Assembly: GCA_963810275.1 (NCBI GenBank) | Contig: CAWENF010000003.1 | Span: 96,001-160,000, forward strand | Length of the DNA stretch: 64,000 nucleotides | Direction of reading: 5' to 3' | Origin: an uncultured archaeon | Lineage (GTDB): Archaea > Thermoproteota > Bathyarchaeia > Bathyarchaeales > Bathycorpusculaceae | In this document: positions 38,878 to 49,150 of the stretch, piece after piece | How the letters are laid out: each line of letters starts with the position of its first letter | Position numbering within the stretch: position 1 is the stretch's first letter | The notes under the pieces: generated by a model | The model's database searches: none | Seen by the model: the letters and a program-made list of their open reading frames with translations, nothing else | Told to the model about the DNA's origin: nothing | Made by a program: the position numbers and the translations under genes

Positions 38878-39474
38878 TTGTCTTCAGACAACGATGATTT
38901 CCCCGAATGGTACAAAAAACGCCAACGACCAACCAAAGACCCGTTCTTCGGCAACATGGACAACATGTTCAAAGAGATGGAGAAAATGATGGATGAAGGT
39001 CTCAAGAACTTCACTGAAAAAGTACCTAAAGAATATGTAAAGGAACGTAAGATGCCTGATGGCAGCACCGTGAAAGAGCTTGGACCGTTTGTTTACGGTT
39101 GCAGTATGAAAATTGGAGCTGACGGCAAACCTGAAGTCCAAGAGTTCGGCAACATTAAAAAGGGTTTAAAGGGTCCGCCAGAGGTTAAGGAGGAGCGAGA
39201 GCCGCTTGTGGATGTTGTGCAAACCGACACAGATGTGCATGTGGTCGCCGAGTTGCCGGGCGTGGAGAAAACCGACATTAAACTGCACGGCACCGACGAA
39301 TCAATCGACATCTGCGTGGATACCCCCCAGTACAAATACTACAAAGAAGTGCAGTTACCCGTTAAAGTCCGTGTAAAAGAAGCTGCCTCCACCTACAAAA
39401 ACGGCGTGCTAGAAGTGGTTATACCCAAGCTTGAGCTTTCCAAAGACCGCGGGGAACCAATCAGTGTAGGCTAA
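38878..39474 (+). CDS. Archaeal small heat-shock protein Hsp20
   Basis: GPFVYG..GKPEVQEFGN..EREPLVDV..YKNGVLEV. Confidence 0.93.
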   Translation: MSSDNDDFPEWYKKRQRPTKDPFFGNMDNMFKEMEKMMDEGLKNFTEKVPKEYVKERKMPDGSTVKELGPFVYGCSMKIGADGKPEVQEFGNIKKGLKGPPEVKEEREPLVDVVQTDTDVHVVAELPGVEKTDIKLHGTDESIDICVDTPQYKYYKEVQLPVKVRVKEAASTYKNGVLEVVIPKLELSKDRGEPISVG

Positions 39475-39516
39475 AAACCTAAATGCACCTCCTTTCTTAA
39501 GTTAGCATGTGTACCG

Positions 39517-39927
39517 ATGACTGAGCATTCGGAAAACGAAACCCTCAATAGGGTATGCATTGAAGCTAAAGCTGCGGGTAAACTGTCAGGTGAAAATCTA
39601 AATCAGCTTTACGAATTATTTGGGCAACGCTTCACCAAAGCCTTGGATGCGGTGACGGAAGGAAGGGTGAAAAAGTACATTTTCAAGCCGTCCGGACGTA
39701 TTGTTTGGATAGTTGTTGGGCGTGAACGGGACTACTTGATTATGCCGGAGGCGGAGTTCTGTACCTGTGATGACTTCTACTTCCGTGTTTTAGACAAGAA
39801 AGTGCATATGTGTTATCATTTGTTGACGCAGAAGATTGCACAGAATCTCGGTTGGTTTAAAACTTACGAGGAAAGTGACGAATGTTTTAAAATGCTTATG
39901 AATGAATGGAAAAAAGCGAATCCTTAA
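39517..39927 (+). CDS. SWIM zinc-finger protein
   Basis: FCTCDDF...CYH motif (CxC..CxH). Confidence 0.82.
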   Translation: MTEHSENETLNRVCIEAKAAGKLSGENLNQLYELFGQRFTKALDAVTEGRVKKYIFKPSGRIVWIVVGRERDYLIMPEAEFCTCDDFYFRVLDKKVHMCYHLLTQKIAQNLGWFKTYEESDECFKMLMNEWKKANP

Positions 39928-39975
39928 TTATGTAAAAGTACAAGAATAAGGAATAAACACACTGAGGAAATAACT

Positions 39976-40095
39976 ATGGACGTTGGCGCATACTTCATAA
40001 CTCTTCAATATGTCCTTATGGGTTCAGTCGCAGTTGCGTTGGCACTTATTTTCCTGTACGCATACTACGGCAAAGACGAAGAACCCGAAAAATAA
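39976..40095 (+). CDS. Small single-TM protein (39 aa; not in ORF track)
   Basis: GAGG RBS; MDVGAYFITLQYVLMGSVAVALALIFLYAYYGKDEEPEK. Confidence 0.55.
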   Translation: MDVGAYFITLQYVLMGSVAVALALIFLYAYYGKDEEPEK

Positions 40096-40119
40096 CCTAA
40101 GGTTTAATTTTCCTCTCTT

Positions 40120-40428
40120 TTAACGTCGTCTATTCAATATTATAAACGCAATTATGCTGATTACGGAGATGGCTAAGCTTATAGCTATCAGCCAAGGTAG
40201 GTTTGGTCCCGAGCCGAAAACTATGGGTATGGGACCGATGAATATGATTCCGCCCACACTTCCGCCGCCGAGAAAAACGGAAGCCAAAACAATGACGACG
40301 AAGCCAACAAAAACCAAGGCGATCCCCAACATGATTATTGTCCAGATTTTGCCAGAAAAAGCAAAGCCCGTTTCGTCTTCGTCATCGTAATCGTTAAGGT
40401 CATCACTCATACCAGTTGTTACCTCCAC
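40120..40428 (-). CDS. DUF131/TIGR00304-like membrane protein
   Basis: GGIIFIGPIPIVFGS motif. Confidence 0.8.
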   Translation of the reverse strand: MEVTTGMSDDLNDYDDEDETGFAFSGKIWTIIMLGIALVFVGFVVIVLASVFLGGGSVGGIIFIGPIPIVFGSGPNLPWLIAISLAISVISIIAFIILNRRR

Positions 40429-40682
40429 AGCAGGTAATAAATCACTAACATAACAATCACCAATGACAATGCTAGAATCAGAATTTGTTTAACGGCTTTT
40501 TTATCTGTGCCAAAAATTATGGGTATGGGGCCAATCATGATGACGCCTGCAGCGTGGGTTTCTGTTTTGGTTTTGCATTTGCTCTGACGAGAATAGAGGA
40601 TAACCATAGCAATTATCACAATTACGATGCCCACAACGACTAAACCTAAACCCAGTGTATAGAGGACGTCTAAATTTGCCAT
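40419..40682 (-). CDS. DUF131/TIGR00304-like membrane protein (tandem paralog)
   Basis: AGVIMIGPIPIIFGTD motif. Confidence 0.8.
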   Translation of the reverse strand: MANLDVLYTLGLGLVVVGIVIVIIAMVILYSRQSKCKTKTETHAAGVIMIGPIPIIFGTDKKAVKQILILALSLVIVMLVIYYLLWR

Positions 40683-40789
40683 CCAAACCCTCAAGCAGAT
40701 TTGAGCCGCCAACTGTTATAAACGTAGCCAACCCAAAAGATACACAAAAAATTAAAAGCGCAAAATCGCTTTAAGGGTGTCGGCGCAAC

Positions 40790-41632
40790 ATGACCACAGA
40801 AACCCTCATATATGAAATCCAAGCCAAAAACCCCAAAATTAGCAAAGAAGACATTATGACACGTTTAGAGGCAGAGAGAGCCAAATGCGGGGAGCTCTTA
40901 GGCGACGAAACTTTGTTGCGGTTGATTGCAGCTAAACTCGGCATAAAGTTGCAGCAAAACACTTTTGTTAACTGCGGCTCAGGCTCCATCTCGTCTGGAC
41001 GCCTGTTTGCGGGACTCTATGATGTTAACGTCTCAGGGCGTTTGATGGCGGTTTTTGCTTCGAAAACTTTTCAGGGGCAGGAAAAATCAGGCAAATTCGC
41101 CACGCTCATGCTAGGCGACAGCGACGGATTACTACGGGTGGTGTTATGGAATGAGAAGGCAGAGTTGGTTGAGCGGGGCGAGTTAAAGGCAGGGCAGAAT
41201 GTGCGGTTTGTGCATTGTTACACACGCAACGACCGCTATGGTAAAACCGAATTGCACCTGAGTGACAAGTCCCAAGTTGAAATGCTGCCAGAAGAAAAAA
41301 GCCAAAGTTCACCCATTGAGAAGTTCACACAAAAAATCGACAGCTTAAACCCTAACTCAGGCAGCGTCCACTTAGTGGGGACAGTTAAGGCGGTTTTGGG
41401 CAAAACAGGCTTCACCAGAGGCGATAGCGACGGCGTAGTGATGCGCTTGGCATTTAGAGATGATTCGGGTGAAGCGGTGGTGGTTGTTTGGAACGAGAAG
41501 GTAGATGAGGCGGAAAAGAAGCTTCGAGACGGCAGCAAGCTGCTACTTGTTAATGCGCGAGTTAAAGAGGGCAGAAATGGCGGGTTAGAGGTGCATGTGG
41601 ACTCTAATACTGCTATAGAAGTTCAAAAATAG
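40790..41632 (+). CDS. Replication protein A-like ssDNA-binding protein (two OB folds)
   Basis: LGDSDGLLRVVLWNEKA and RDDSGEAVVVVWNEKV. Confidence 0.85.
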   Translation: MTTETLIYEIQAKNPKISKEDIMTRLEAERAKCGELLGDETLLRLIAAKLGIKLQQNTFVNCGSGSISSGRLFAGLYDVNVSGRLMAVFASKTFQGQEKSGKFATLMLGDSDGLLRVVLWNEKAELVERGELKAGQNVRFVHCYTRNDRYGKTELHLSDKSQVEMLPEEKSQSSPIEKFTQKIDSLNPNSGSVHLVGTVKAVLGKTGFTRGDSDGVVMRLAFRDDSGEAVVVVWNEKVDEAEKKLRDGSKLLLVNARVKEGRNGGLEVHVDSNTAIEVQK

Positions 41633-41806
41633 GATGAAAACAGATTTTATTGGATTTTCGAACATGCCTCGGGTATAGATATCACCTTTTGGTCGCAGGA
41701 AGATATTTTCACGTTGCATCGCCAGTTTGGAAAACTAAATGCGCTATCTTGCAGGGAGGATTTTTCTTATAATTTTAAGCACACATAATTAGTACAATGG
41801 AACGAG

Positions 41807-42334
41807 TCAGACCTTGTTTTGCTGGTCCTCTTCAAGGTACAGTTTACGTTTACGCTCATACGGCGGAGGTGCTTCACATTTGGGCTTATAGAGGCGGCGT
41901 AAGGTAGCAGCATTGTTTTTCACGCGCTCAAGACGACGTTTAGCGTTCTTAATTTTTTCTAGTTTTACTAGGTCAGATACTTTACCGAATTTCTCCACCG
42001 TCCCATTATCGAGTGTACGTTCGACTTTTATGCAGTCGTCCACCATGCAGTTAGCCACGCAGGCGCCGCAGTATACGCAAAGGTCCTCGATTAAGCCGAC
42101 TTCGCCTGTGCCCCAGTACAACGCGTTTGTGGGGCATTTGTCTATGCAGAGCTTGCACTGTGCGCCGACACAGGTGAATTTATTGATGCTGATTTTGCCG
42201 TCTTTGTAGTGTTCCTTGATTCCAGTGGGTTCAAGAAGTTCTTTACGTCTTTTTTTTCGTTCTTCTTCCTCGCTTACCGCTTCCTCTTCTTCGTTCATTA
42301 AGTCGAAAATGGAAGGCGGATTGGACGACGGCAT
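41807..42334 (-). CDS. 4Fe-4S dicluster ferredoxin-domain protein
   Basis: CVGAQCKLCIDKCP and CVYCGACVANC. Confidence 0.85.
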   Translation of the reverse strand: MPSSNPPSIFDLMNEEEEAVSEEEERKKRRKELLEPTGIKEHYKDGKISINKFTCVGAQCKLCIDKCPTNALYWGTGEVGLIEDLCVYCGACVANCMVDDCIKVERTLDNGTVEKFGKVSDLVKLEKIKNAKRRLERVKNNAATLRRLYKPKCEAPPPYERKRKLYLEEDQQNKV

Positions 42335-42518
42335 AGATTAGGCTCCAAAGTAGTTGTGGAATTAAATGCAGTTTTGAATTATAATTACCTTATCCATTCA
42401 GTCGGAGTTTTTGAATAGTTAACTGCGGTTTTAGCTTTGCTAAACGCTTGTCTAAAGTTTATTAAAGCCTGCACATTTCATGGAATTAGTGCTAATTCTA
42501 TTTTTTTGAGGAAGATGG

Positions 42519-43961
42519 ATGAGTGTATCTGGCTCAAAGGCGATTTTGCCCCACAACCGAATCATTTTAGCCACGATCGTTTTAGGCACCCTCATGGGAG
42601 CGCTGGACAGCACCATCGTACTTTTAGCGTTTCCAGTCATAAACGACAGTCTCCACTCCGACCTCGCCACCTCCATCTGGATAATCTTATCCTACATGCT
42701 GGTACTCGCCGTCGCCACCACCCAGATGGGTAGAATCGGCGACAGCTACGGACGCAGCAAAATCTTCAACTTAGGCTTCATAATCTTCACCGTCGGCTCC
42801 CTTCTATGCGGCTTATCCACCCACATTTACCTGCTCATCGCGTTCCGGGTTTTACAGGGAACAGGTGGCGCCATTTTGCAGGCGACAAGCGGAGCCATAA
42901 TCGCGGACGTTTTTCCTCCTAAAACGCGGGGTAGAGCGTACGGGTTTAACGCGTTGGGGTACACGGCGGGCGCCATGCTTGGCATCATTTTAGGCGGCGT
43001 TTTAGCGACTTTTGTGGGGTGGGAGTTTATTTTCTTCATAAACGTCCCCATCGGCGTGGTCGCAATTGCCATCGGGTTGAAGTACCTAAAGGACGCAGAG
43101 AAGACCTACAAAAAGCTGGATTTGGCTGGTATGGGGCTGCTTGCGGCGGCTCTGGTGCTGCTTACTTTGGGGTTGGTGAATTTTGCTGCTCAGGGCGCAA
43201 GCGTCTACAACGTGGCCACGGTGGTGGTGGGTGCTTTGCTGACTCCGGTTTTTGTGCTCTACGACCGGCGGCTTGAGAATCCCCTCATTGACTTTGAAGC
43301 CTTAAAAATTCGGGTGCTGCGTAACGCCATCGCTGCGGCGTTCTTTTTGAGTGTCGGCTACTTTAGTGTGGTGTTTTTGCTTATCATGTATTTGCAGGGG
43401 ATACGAGGGTTGTCGCCGCTTGACGCTGCGCTTCTGCTGGTTCCCGGCTACATGGCAGGCAGCTTTCTAGGACCCATTATGGGCAGACTAAGCGACAGGT
43501 ACGGCTCACGCGAAATAGCTACGTTAGGCGTGTTCTTTTTGGCTCTTGCCATACTGGTTTACTTGACTATGACGCCTACTTCTTCGTTCTACATTGTGCT
43601 TTTGGGTTCGGCGGTTTCGGGGTTGGGTACGTCGATGTTTTTCCCCGCCAACAACAGTGCTGTCATGGCTAATGCTCGGGCGGGGTCGTTTGGCAGCATC
43701 TCGGGTTTGCTGCGCACAGTGCAAAATATTGGGTTGGTGAGTAGTTTTGTGTTGGCGATTTCGGTTGCTGCTGCTTCTGTTCCCCGTCAGGTGGCGTTTG
43801 AGATTTTTGTGGGCACGTCCATCTTGACGGGTGGAGTGAGTAAAGAGTTTTTGCTGGGCATCCACAACGCCTTCTATGTGTCCATTGCTATACTGACGGT
43901 TGCGGGGGTAATGTCGCTTATCAGGGGTAAAGAAGTGCGCAGCAGACTAGCTAAAGCCTAA
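42519..43961 (+). CDS. MFS transporter, DHA2 (14-TM) family
   Basis: LDSTIV, GRIGDSYGR, FRVLQGTGGA, WEFIFFINVPIG. Confidence 0.92.
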   Translation: MSVSGSKAILPHNRIILATIVLGTLMGALDSTIVLLAFPVINDSLHSDLATSIWIILSYMLVLAVATTQMGRIGDSYGRSKIFNLGFIIFTVGSLLCGLSTHIYLLIAFRVLQGTGGAILQATSGAIIADVFPPKTRGRAYGFNALGYTAGAMLGIILGGVLATFVGWEFIFFINVPIGVVAIAIGLKYLKDAEKTYKKLDLAGMGLLAAALVLLTLGLVNFAAQGASVYNVATVVVGALLTPVFVLYDRRLENPLIDFEALKIRVLRNAIAAAFFLSVGYFSVVFLLIMYLQGIRGLSPLDAALLLVPGYMAGSFLGPIMGRLSDRYGSREIATLGVFFLALAILVYLTMTPTSSFYIVLLGSAVSGLGTSMFFPANNSAVMANARAGSFGSISGLLRTVQNIGLVSSFVLAISVAAASVPRQVAFEIFVGTSILTGGVSKEFLLGIHNAFYVSIAILTVAGVMSLIRGKEVRSRLAKA

Positions 43962-43996
43962 ATTTGGCATCCGCCTAAATGTGTACCAATCGGTGC

Positions 43997-44950
43997 ATGA
44001 AAGTGGGTAAAGCTAAATTCGGAGTGTTCCTGCCCTTCTATGCCTTCCAAGGCAACCCCAACCAGCAGTATCAGCAGCTAAGAAACGTGGTTTTGGAGTG
44101 TGAACGACTCGGCTACGACTCGGTTTGGCTGGACGACCACCTCATGTACAGGGACGCATCGATTTTGGAGTGCTGGACCACCCTGTCCGCGCTTGCCGCA
44201 GCCACCAGCAGGATAAGGTTGGGCACGATGGTTTTATGCAGTGCACACCGCAACCCCGCATTGCTTGCAAAGGCGGCGGCGACGCTAGATGTGATTTCGG
44301 GCGGTAGGCTGGAGTTCGGGTTAGGCGCAGGCGTGCAGGAGGCGGAGCATCAAGCGTACGGTTTTGGGTTCCATAGTGGGGAGCGTAGGGTTTCGGAGTT
44401 GGGGGAGGCGTTGGAAGTGGTTAGGCGGCTGTGGACGTATCCCAAGGCATCATATCAGGGCAGGTACTTCCAGTTGAGGGATGCTGTTTGTGAGCCTAAG
44501 CCGTTTCAGAAGCCTCATCCGCCCGTCATTGTGGGTGGTGGAGGAGAAAAGCACACGCTTAAGGTGGCGGCGAAGTACGCTGACCGCTGTGACTGGGGCT
44601 TTCTGCCGCTTGATGTGTACAGGCATAAGCAGACGGTGCTACATCAGCATTGCGAGGCGCTTGGCAGGAACTATCGGAGTATCATGCAGTCTGCTTGGCC
44701 CGGCGGACAAATCCTTATGGCAGCTAACCAGTCGGAGTTGGAAGAAAAAATCGCCAAGTACAAGCCAGAGGGTACCTCGCTTGAATCGTTTAAACAGTAC
44801 ACGCTACTCGGCACACCAAAAGAGTGCCTTCATGGATTTCAAGTCTACGCAGATCTTGGGGCATCATACTATATGTTGTACTTTGCGGATTTGCCCAGCG
44901 TCGAAGGCTTACGGCTATTCAAAGAAGAGGGCGCGTGCTTGCTCGGCTAA
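43997..44950 (+). CDS. LLM-class (probably F420-dependent) oxidoreductase
   Basis: GYDSVWLDDH, RNPALLAKAAATLDVISGGRLEFGLGAG, PKPFQKPHPP. Confidence 0.9.
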   Translation: MKVGKAKFGVFLPFYAFQGNPNQQYQQLRNVVLECERLGYDSVWLDDHLMYRDASILECWTTLSALAAATSRIRLGTMVLCSAHRNPALLAKAAATLDVISGGRLEFGLGAGVQEAEHQAYGFGFHSGERRVSELGEALEVVRRLWTYPKASYQGRYFQLRDAVCEPKPFQKPHPPVIVGGGGEKHTLKVAAKYADRCDWGFLPLDVYRHKQTVLHQHCEALGRNYRSIMQSAWPGGQILMAANQSELEEKIAKYKPEGTSLESFKQYTLLGTPKECLHGFQVYADLGASYYMLYFADLPSVEGLRLFKEEGACLLG

Positions 44951-45298
44951 AGGTCCCCTCGCAGAATATGCGCTAACTCGTGAAGCAAGATTTCCTCAAA
45001 TGTGTGGTAGGGATTTTGGCGAATCAAGAATAATGTAGTCCGCGTCGTCGCTTTCGTCGCCGTTGAAGATGCAGGCATCCGTCCCCTCAAAAGAGAGAAC
45101 ATACCCCCACTCCTCAATCTCACGAAGTTGGTCTTCTATACAGTCGCGACTCCGTAGAACATCGTTGAAGTCGCCATCGCTGAGTAGAAGTGCCTTAACC
45201 CGTGGGAGGGGTTTGCTACTGATTCTATGCCAAATCTCATACAGCTGCCATTGTGGAACCTGAGCAGCCTGCAACCTTAACCCTTCAAGCATAACCAT
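44947..45298 (-). pseudogene. HExxH zinc-metallopeptidase-like gene with +1 frameshift
   Basis: After YII, the shifted frame reads LIRQNPYHTFEEILLHELAHILRGDL* ending at 44947. Confidence 0.6.
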
Positions 45299-45443
45299 AA
45301 AAAACCGACCGAAAAGCAGATAGGCCTCCAGCTAAGGCAAGACAAATAATAAAGCAGCTGTTTATGTAGTAAAAGCATTTGCAGTAAACACTACACAACC
45401 ACAAAAAACTTCAATATATAATTCTAAAAAACAAACATAGTGA

Positions 45444-46055
45444 CTAATGATGTTTTAGCCAGTCCGCCAGCGTCACCTGATTTGTGTTTCCAGTTTTCTC
45501 CAACGAAACAATCCCACGCTCAGAGAGACGTGCAAGAATGCGGTGAGTCTGGAGTCTGCTCAAGCCTGCTTCGGCTTTTATATATTTTTGCAGATACCGT
45601 CCGTCATGAGCTTTTAAGGAGTCTATGACTTTTCGTTCGTCTTTGGTTAGGGTTTTGGAAATGGATTCGTAGACGTCAACGGCGGGGGCTTGGTGTGCTG
45701 AAGCTGCTTCGATTTGGGCTGCGTCTGGTCCGCTTCGGATTTGCGGGTAAACCAGGTAGTAGCTTATGCCAATTACACCTACAATGGCTATGACGATTAG
45801 CACTGCGAACGCAACGCCAAACATGGGCAGCAGGGCATCGGTTGCGGGTGTCGGCGTAGGGGTTTGTCCCATCATGCCGCCCATTCCACCCATTCCATAT
45901 CCGGTGTCTCCGTCTCCGCCCCAAATTTGGCTCATCCAACTGTTTGGGTCACTTTGGCTGGTTTGGGCAAAAACGGCGAAACCTATAGTTGTTGCCGCAA
46001 TTAAGGCGGCTGCGGCTGTTAATAGAAGGATTAGAAAAAGGTTTACACGCTTCAT
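45444..46055 (-). CDS. Membrane-anchored winged-helix transcriptional regulator
   Basis: Two TM helices, GMGGMGGMMG loop, C-terminal LTKDERKV..LSRLQTHRILARLSERGIV HTH. Confidence 0.8.
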   Translation of the reverse strand: MKRVNLFLILLLTAAAALIAATTIGFAVFAQTSQSDPNSWMSQIWGGDGDTGYGMGGMGGMMGQTPTPTPATDALLPMFGVAFAVLIVIAIVGVIGISYYLVYPQIRSGPDAAQIEAASAHQAPAVDVYESISKTLTKDERKVIDSLKAHDGRYLQKYIKAEAGLSRLQTHRILARLSERGIVSLEKTGNTNQVTLADWLKHH

Positions 46056-46213
46056 TTTATATCTAAATTAGACTTATCCCGCATGGATTTAAGGTTTGCA
46101 AGAAAAACAACAAAAACTGACCAAAGAAACATATCAAAAAACTGTTTCACACCGGTTTTAGCCAACATCCAAACAACCCCAACAATATAATACTTTTTGA
46201 GGTGAAGACCAAC

Positions 46214-46527
46214 ATGAACACAAACCTAATCCTCGCAATACCCGCAATCGCAGAAGTCGCTGCCACACTCGTAAGAGTCGGAGCAGTACAACTCGACCAA
46301 ACGACGACTTTCACGTCTGCATCCACCCAATACACAGGTTCTACCACCTAGCGACGCGGGCAACTACCGCAAAATACCAACCAATTGGTGTATATAACGA
46401 CACATACGCCGATCCAACATAGAGTGATGGACCAGATTGCTACGGTTATGGTTAAGGCGCAAAAAGCCAGAATCAATCGAACCCCTGCAATTGGGACACC
46501 GGATATGGATTTAGAGGCTGCTGGTAA
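46214..46527 (+). pseudogene. Degraded small secreted-protein gene divergent from the regulator
   Basis: GAGGTGA RBS, signal-peptide-like start MNTNLILAIPAIA, internal stops, end reads GYGFRGCW*. Confidence 0.4.
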
Positions 46528-46560
46528 AAAAGCAGACTAAATTGTTTTTGTTTTCCAGTT

Positions 46561-48189
46561 TTATTCTGTGGAGGTTGGCTTGTAACGAGATAAAATGCCT
46601 TTGCTAATTTTTGGTGCACGGGGCTTCCAAGCAGCCAAACGCGCTGCCAACTCTTCGTCGCTTAATTCGACCTTTAGCGTCCGCTTGTGGATGTCGATGG
46701 TTATTGTATCGCCATTTTGAATTGCCGCTATTGGTCCGCCTTCGAAGGCTTCTGGCGCAACGTGACCGATGCTGCCACCTCTGGTTGCTCCACTGAATCT
46801 GCCATCAGTGATGAGAGCGACTGATTCGGAAAGTCCCATACCAGCGATGGTTGCGGTGGGGAATAACATTTCAGGCATGCCGGGGCCGCCTCTGGGTCCC
46901 TCATAGCGGATGACGACGACGTCGCCTGCGACTACTTTGCCATCACGGATAGCGGTTAAGGCTTCGGCTTCGGAGTCGTAGACCTTTGCGGGTCCGGTGT
47001 GGTGCATCATTTTCTCCGATACACCTGCTGATTTGATGACTGAGCCTTTTGGCGCCAAGTTGCCGGTTAGGATTGCAATACCACCTTCTTTGTGGACAGG
47101 ATCATCAAATGGACGTATGACTTGTCTGTCCAGCACTTGTGCGTTTTTGATATTTTCGTCAACTGTTTTCAGAGTAACGGTGAGCAAGTCCAAGGCGAGG
47201 TTAACTTTAATTTCAGACAAAACAGCAGGAACTCCTCCTGCTGCATCCAAGTCTTCCATTGCGTTCACGCCGCTTGGAATCATACTGCATATATGCGGGG
47301 TTTTCCTGCCCATCTCGTCGAATGCTGAGAGCGGAAGGGTTACGCCTGCTTCTTTTGCTATTGCGGGCAAGTGCAGAGTGGTGTTGGTTGAGCCGCCCAA
47401 TGCCATGTCAAGAGCAATTGCGTTTTCGAATGCTTGTTTGGTCAGAATTTGGCTGGGTTTAAGGTCAGCTTGGACGAGTTTTATGATTTGTTTGCCTGTG
47501 GCTCTGGCGAGGCGGTGTTTGTATGCACTTGTTGCCAGCGAAGTTGCACAGTACGGCAGTGAAAGGCCGAGGGCTTCGGTCATACAGGCCATTGTATTAG
47601 CGGTGAACATGCCGCTGCAGCTTCCGCATGTTGGGCAAGCTTCTGCTTCGAGCTCTTGGAGTTCAGCTGGGGTCATTTTGCCTGCAACTGCTTGTCCAAG
47701 TGCCTCAGGCATGTTGGCGTAGCTGACTTTTCTGCCGCGGTGTCGTCCGGCTGCCATGGGTCCGCCTGTAACCATTATGGATGGGATGTCGACGCGTGCG
47801 GCCGCCATGAGCATGCCCGGGGTGATTTTGTCGCAGTTTGAGATCATGACGAGACCGTCTAGGCTATGAGCTTGCAGCATGATTTCTACTGAGTCGGCGA
47901 TGATTTCTCTTGATGGTAGGCTGTAACGCATGCCCATGTGGCCCATTGCAATGCCGTCGCAAACAGCTATTGTGTTGAATTCGAAGGGGGTTCCGCCGGC
48001 GGCTAGGATGCCTTCTTTGACGGCTTCGCCGATTTGGCGAAGATGTACGTGTCCCGGGACGATGTTGGTGTAGCTGTTCGCTATGCCGATAAGGGGCTTA
48101 GCTAAATCGTCGTCATCTAAACCCAAAGATTTCAAAAGAGCACGATGGGGAGCTTTCTCGGTTCCAGTTTTAACATTGTCGCTTCTCAA
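46561..48189 (-). CDS. ilvD: Dihydroxy-acid dehydratase
   Basis: [38 protein letters not shown]. Confidence 0.98.
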   Translation of the reverse strand: MRSDNVKTGTEKAPHRALLKSLGLDDDDLAKPLIGIANSYTNIVPGHVHLRQIGEAVKEGILAAGGTPFEFNTIAVCDGIAMGHMGMRYSLPSREIIADSVEIMLQAHSLDGLVMISNCDKITPGMLMAAARVDIPSIMVTGGPMAAGRHRGRKVSYANMPEALGQAVAGKMTPAELQELEAEACPTCGSCSGMFTANTMACMTEALGLSLPYCATSLATSAYKHRLARATGKQIIKLVQADLKPSQILTKQAFENAIALDMALGGSTNTTLHLPAIAKEAGVTLPLSAFDEMGRKTPHICSMIPSGVNAMEDLDAAGGVPAVLSEIKVNLALDLLTVTLKTVDENIKNAQVLDRQVIRPFDDPVHKEGGIAILTGNLAPKGSVIKSAGVSEKMMHHTGPAKVYDSEAEALTAIRDGKVVAGDVVVIRYEGPRGGPGMPEMLFPTATIAGMGLSESVALITDGRFSGATRGGSIGHVAPEAFEGGPIAAIQNGDTITIDIHKRTLKVELSDEELAARLAAWKPRAPKISKGILSRYKPTSTE

Positions 48190-48481
48190 ACTAAGTTACC
48201 TTCGTAAATGGTTAATCTGAAAATTATTTAGCGGCTGTGACTGTTAAGTTTTGCTTACCATGCTTTAGGTGCGGTTTGCAGTATTTGGTTTTTTCTTTAT
48301 ATGGATATGATGAATTCTACGGCACCAAAACACTGCAAATGAAGGACGTTGCTTTTCAGGTTCAAGTCACCTTCCAACGTCTGATGCTGTGTGACGTCGG
48401 GTTCTCTTGCCCACGCAAACATACATCCATGTTAAATTCTCCGTCATGCGAGTCTGGGAGCATTGCGAGAAAACAAAAAAA

Positions 48482-48937
48482 CTAATTCGGTTTTAATGTC
48501 TCAGCAAACGCCGCCGCAGCTTTAAGGTCGTCTTCGTTTGGGTGCCCTTTCTGCAATCCGCCCACTAACTTGAAGGGACCAAAAGTATCAAACCCCGTGC
48601 AGTTAAACTCGCCCACAACCATGTAGCCTTTAGCTTGAAGTTTTTCCCGCAGGCTGCGGTGGAATTTCTCTCCGTTGTTCGGTTGCCCGCTGGTGGAAAA
48701 AATAAATGCTTTACCATTCTGAGTTTGGGGCATGTTATCTGCAAACGCTAACAGGTCTTTGTGAGGTTTACTCATGTAGATGCCTGAGCCGAAACCTACC
48801 AAATCGTAGTCTTTGAGATCTGATGGATTTGTCTGCTTGGGCGTCTTCACCTCTGCGCCTATTACACCAGCGATTGTTTGTGCGACTTTCTGAGTGTTGT
48901 TGTGGTGATAAGAGTAACAGACAATGAGCGTTTTCAT
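48482..48937 (-). CDS. Flavodoxin family protein (paralog of 38133-38591)
   Basis: YSYHHNNTQKVA, GFGSGIY, AFIFSTSG. Confidence 0.88.
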   Translation of the reverse strand: MKTLIVCYSYHHNNTQKVAQTIAGVIGAEVKTPKQTNPSDLKDYDLVGFGSGIYMSKPHKDLLAFADNMPQTQNGKAFIFSTSGQPNNGEKFHRSLREKLQAKGYMVVGEFNCTGFDTFGPFKLVGGLQKGHPNEDDLKAAAAFAETLKPN

Positions 48938-49150
48938 GAGACTCAGTCCTAATTCATTTGGGAAGCTGCCGCCTTAAAAATGCTATCATTAATGGATAGG
49001 ATTCGTAGCTGCTTTCCAAAAGGTTAGCAGGTGTTTTCTGCATTTTTAGACGAGTTCGCTTGGATAAAGCAGGCGGTTAACAGGGTTATGCGTAAATATT
49101 ATATGCGTGCTTTTGCTTCTTCGGTTTGCATTAAGGGTCTGTGGCTTAAT

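Noticed and set aside
38436-39068. 210-aa minus-strand ORF
   Set aside because: It runs across the tRNA and is antisense to hsp20 and the flavodoxin gene, so it is a shadow ORF, like most other antisense ORFs in the track.
48190-48480. Ile/Leu/Val-rich leader peptide upstream of ilvD, by analogy with the aro leader
   Set aside because: Only MVSKT* was found near the gene on the coding strand, with no run of branched-chain codons.
49031-49150. Met-sensing leader or N-terminal extension of the homocysteine gene
   Set aside because: The stretch contains the probable TATA box (AAATATTATAT) and no separate Met-rich ORF; family similarity begins at TTG 49151.
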